From Pseudovirgaria hyperparasitica (Eukaryota): a stretch of DNA of 64,000 bases. Of the stretch, positions 62,345-64,000 are shown in pieces. Numbering within the stretch: position 1 is the stretch's first letter; each line of letters starts with the position of its first letter. The notes beneath the pieces are model-generated. The model was not told where the DNA came from, did not search any database, and worked only from the letters and a program-made list of their open reading frames with translations. The translations under genes and the position numbers were made by a program. Location: assembly GCA_010093815.1 (NCBI GenBank), contig ML996575.1, one strand, 5' to 3'.

Positions 62345-63696
62345 GACTTTCACGATTCTTCTGGGAGATCTGAAGTAAGAGTGCGAGGACTTCGAAGAGT
62401 GGGTGCGGAGACTCTATGACTTGTGAATGCAATTTAAAAAAAATTCGGTCCTATTAGTTAGTATGAGTGAACGCAAGAGCAGAGATGCAGACAGCGATCA
62501 TATAGAAATAGAATTTAGGGTCTCGAGTTACAATAAAGTAAACTTTCTCCAGCTCATGGTGTGAACTTGTGAACCGTGCAGTCTGATCATGCTTATGTGG
62601 TAAATTGTTGGCACGATATCATTATGTTCGTCTTCTGACTCCCCCAACGACTGATATTGTGTATTCCTTGAAATTCTCTCATGCACGACGAGACGACTTC
62701 TACTTGGGTCGTTGCCATTTGGCAGCCTCGTCGTAGTCCCATCTTTCCGAATCTATTTATAGCATATATCAGCCTGCTGGTTAAACGAGAACTGCTCCCT
62801 GAACAAAGATACACTTGTAGATCATAGTGCTGAGCCAATAGTCTCTTTTTAACAAGAAGCCGAGGATATGTTTATGCAGTGCAATATAAGTCTCATATAA
62901 TCGTGCTAGCTGCGTCGTCTGCGCCGTACGACTGCATATTTGATGTCAGGCTGACATGGGTGGTAGTACCAATGGTCGGCAGCGGTACAAACAGCACTAG
63001 AAGCCCTCAAATGCGCAGTCCTCTGACATGGCAGATTTATCCTTCTGCCCTCCGAGTAAGCAGTCTCTAAGTTTTACGATAGGTCGCTTATACACATCAC
63101 TGCTGAATGCGGAAGGTGTCCGACCCCGCAGCTGCTCATGGATGTAATATCGACCTACATATACAAACCCACACCGAGTAACTAGGTGCAGATCATCCTA
63201 GCATCTCGTACCGGTGAGACTGCAAGGATGTCTTCCAGCTAGCTAGACTTGCGGTGATCTAGCGGAAGGTCTTACCGAAACCCAGCATGAAACCATGAGA
63301 GGCAATTTGTGCGGTCTTCGAGAAAATATCTGATAGCAAAGTATGCATGGGACGTGGCATAGCCTCATATGCTTCCGTCGACACGCTGATGAACGGGGGT
63401 TGGGTTTTATAAATATTCTAGAATGTAGCCGCTAGCACAGATTCTTCCTGGGATGCTTGCAAAGGATGCATCGATAGATGAGGCACCGATTCGACGAGCT
63501 CTATACGAGCATGTAGCGGTTGTCTGCTAACAGATGTTTACCGCTAATGATCCTTAGCTACCAGCATGTAGAGTCCCAGTAATCTAGAATCTTCCTCATC
63601 GGCGGCTAATTCAACTTTTCAGCCGTGTGCAACGCCGGTGAATATGACGCCGCAAGATCCGTTGTATAGTGCAGCTCTGGTCCCTGATCACCGCGA

Positions 63697-64000
63697 TTAT
63701 ACTTCGATGCGAATAATTCCACCAGCCTGCCGAAGGGCAGGAAGTAAATCTATAGTCCAGTGAAAAGTTGTCGGATTAACGATATTGAATACAATGTCGA
63801 TAGCGATTTTAACTTCAGGCAGAAAGGCGAGCTCAATAACACCTTGCGCGACCGTAAACATGGGGAGCCAGCTGGCTGCCTGATCGAGTACAGGCAGCGC
63901 ACCGATGGTGCGTGCAGATCGGAGCATGAGTGGCATGGCCTCATTCGCATTCTAGATGCCGTGTTTCTTGTCGCGGACGATTTGATCGACTGAAGACAGC
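63697..64000 (-). pseudogene. Decayed C-terminal thioester-reductase (extended SDR) fragment of an NRPS-like/carboxylic-acid-reductase gene, continuing beyond the window
   Basis: The frame reads VDQIVRDKKHGI*NANEAMPLMLRSARTIGALPVLD..ASWLPM.TVAQ..IEL...VFNIVNP.TFHW..DLLPALRQAG. There is an in-frame TAG at 63952-63954 where the family has Trp, and similarity is lost after LRQAG. Confidence 0.7.

Overview
Eukaryotic nuclear DNA from a filamentous ascomycete (Pezizomycotina). This is inferred from short GT-AG introns with CTRAC branch sites, a Zn2Cys6 factor and fungal DUF families; a finer taxonomic placement is not possible from this window. I can support 18 protein-coding genes: a DUF6536-type membrane protein (partial), a Zn2Cys6 TF, a DUF5321-like protein, an HSL-type esterase, a DUF2457 protein, HSP90, GH105, a DAL5/ACS-family MFS transporter, a glyoxalase-like protein, an unknown multi-pass membrane protein, an LRR protein, PP1, VPS5, a 1371-aa orphan, ATP16, a TAP-like hydrolase, an amino acid permease and a DUF3176 protein. 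There is also one tRNA-Ala(AGC), a degenerate tRNA-like Pol III element, a decayed NRPS-like reductase fragment at the right edge, two gap-containing minisatellites flanking a RIP-like TpA-rich patch, and two gene-poor intervals (about 15.3-22.6 kb and 34.7-39.5 kb). The best candidate for an undescribed system is a divergent pair of a signal-peptide-less GH105 and an anion-type MFS transporter, followed by a VOC-fold gene, which could import and degrade unsaturated uronate oligosaccharides inside the cell. Other leads are an optional PP1 terminal intron that removes the CDK TPPR site, a Met-to-Phe change in the HSP90 ATP pocket, a hairpin-filled long intron and repeated actin-binding-like motifs in the orphan protein. 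Family names come from motif recognition by eye, and no database searches were run. Exon boundaries were read manually.
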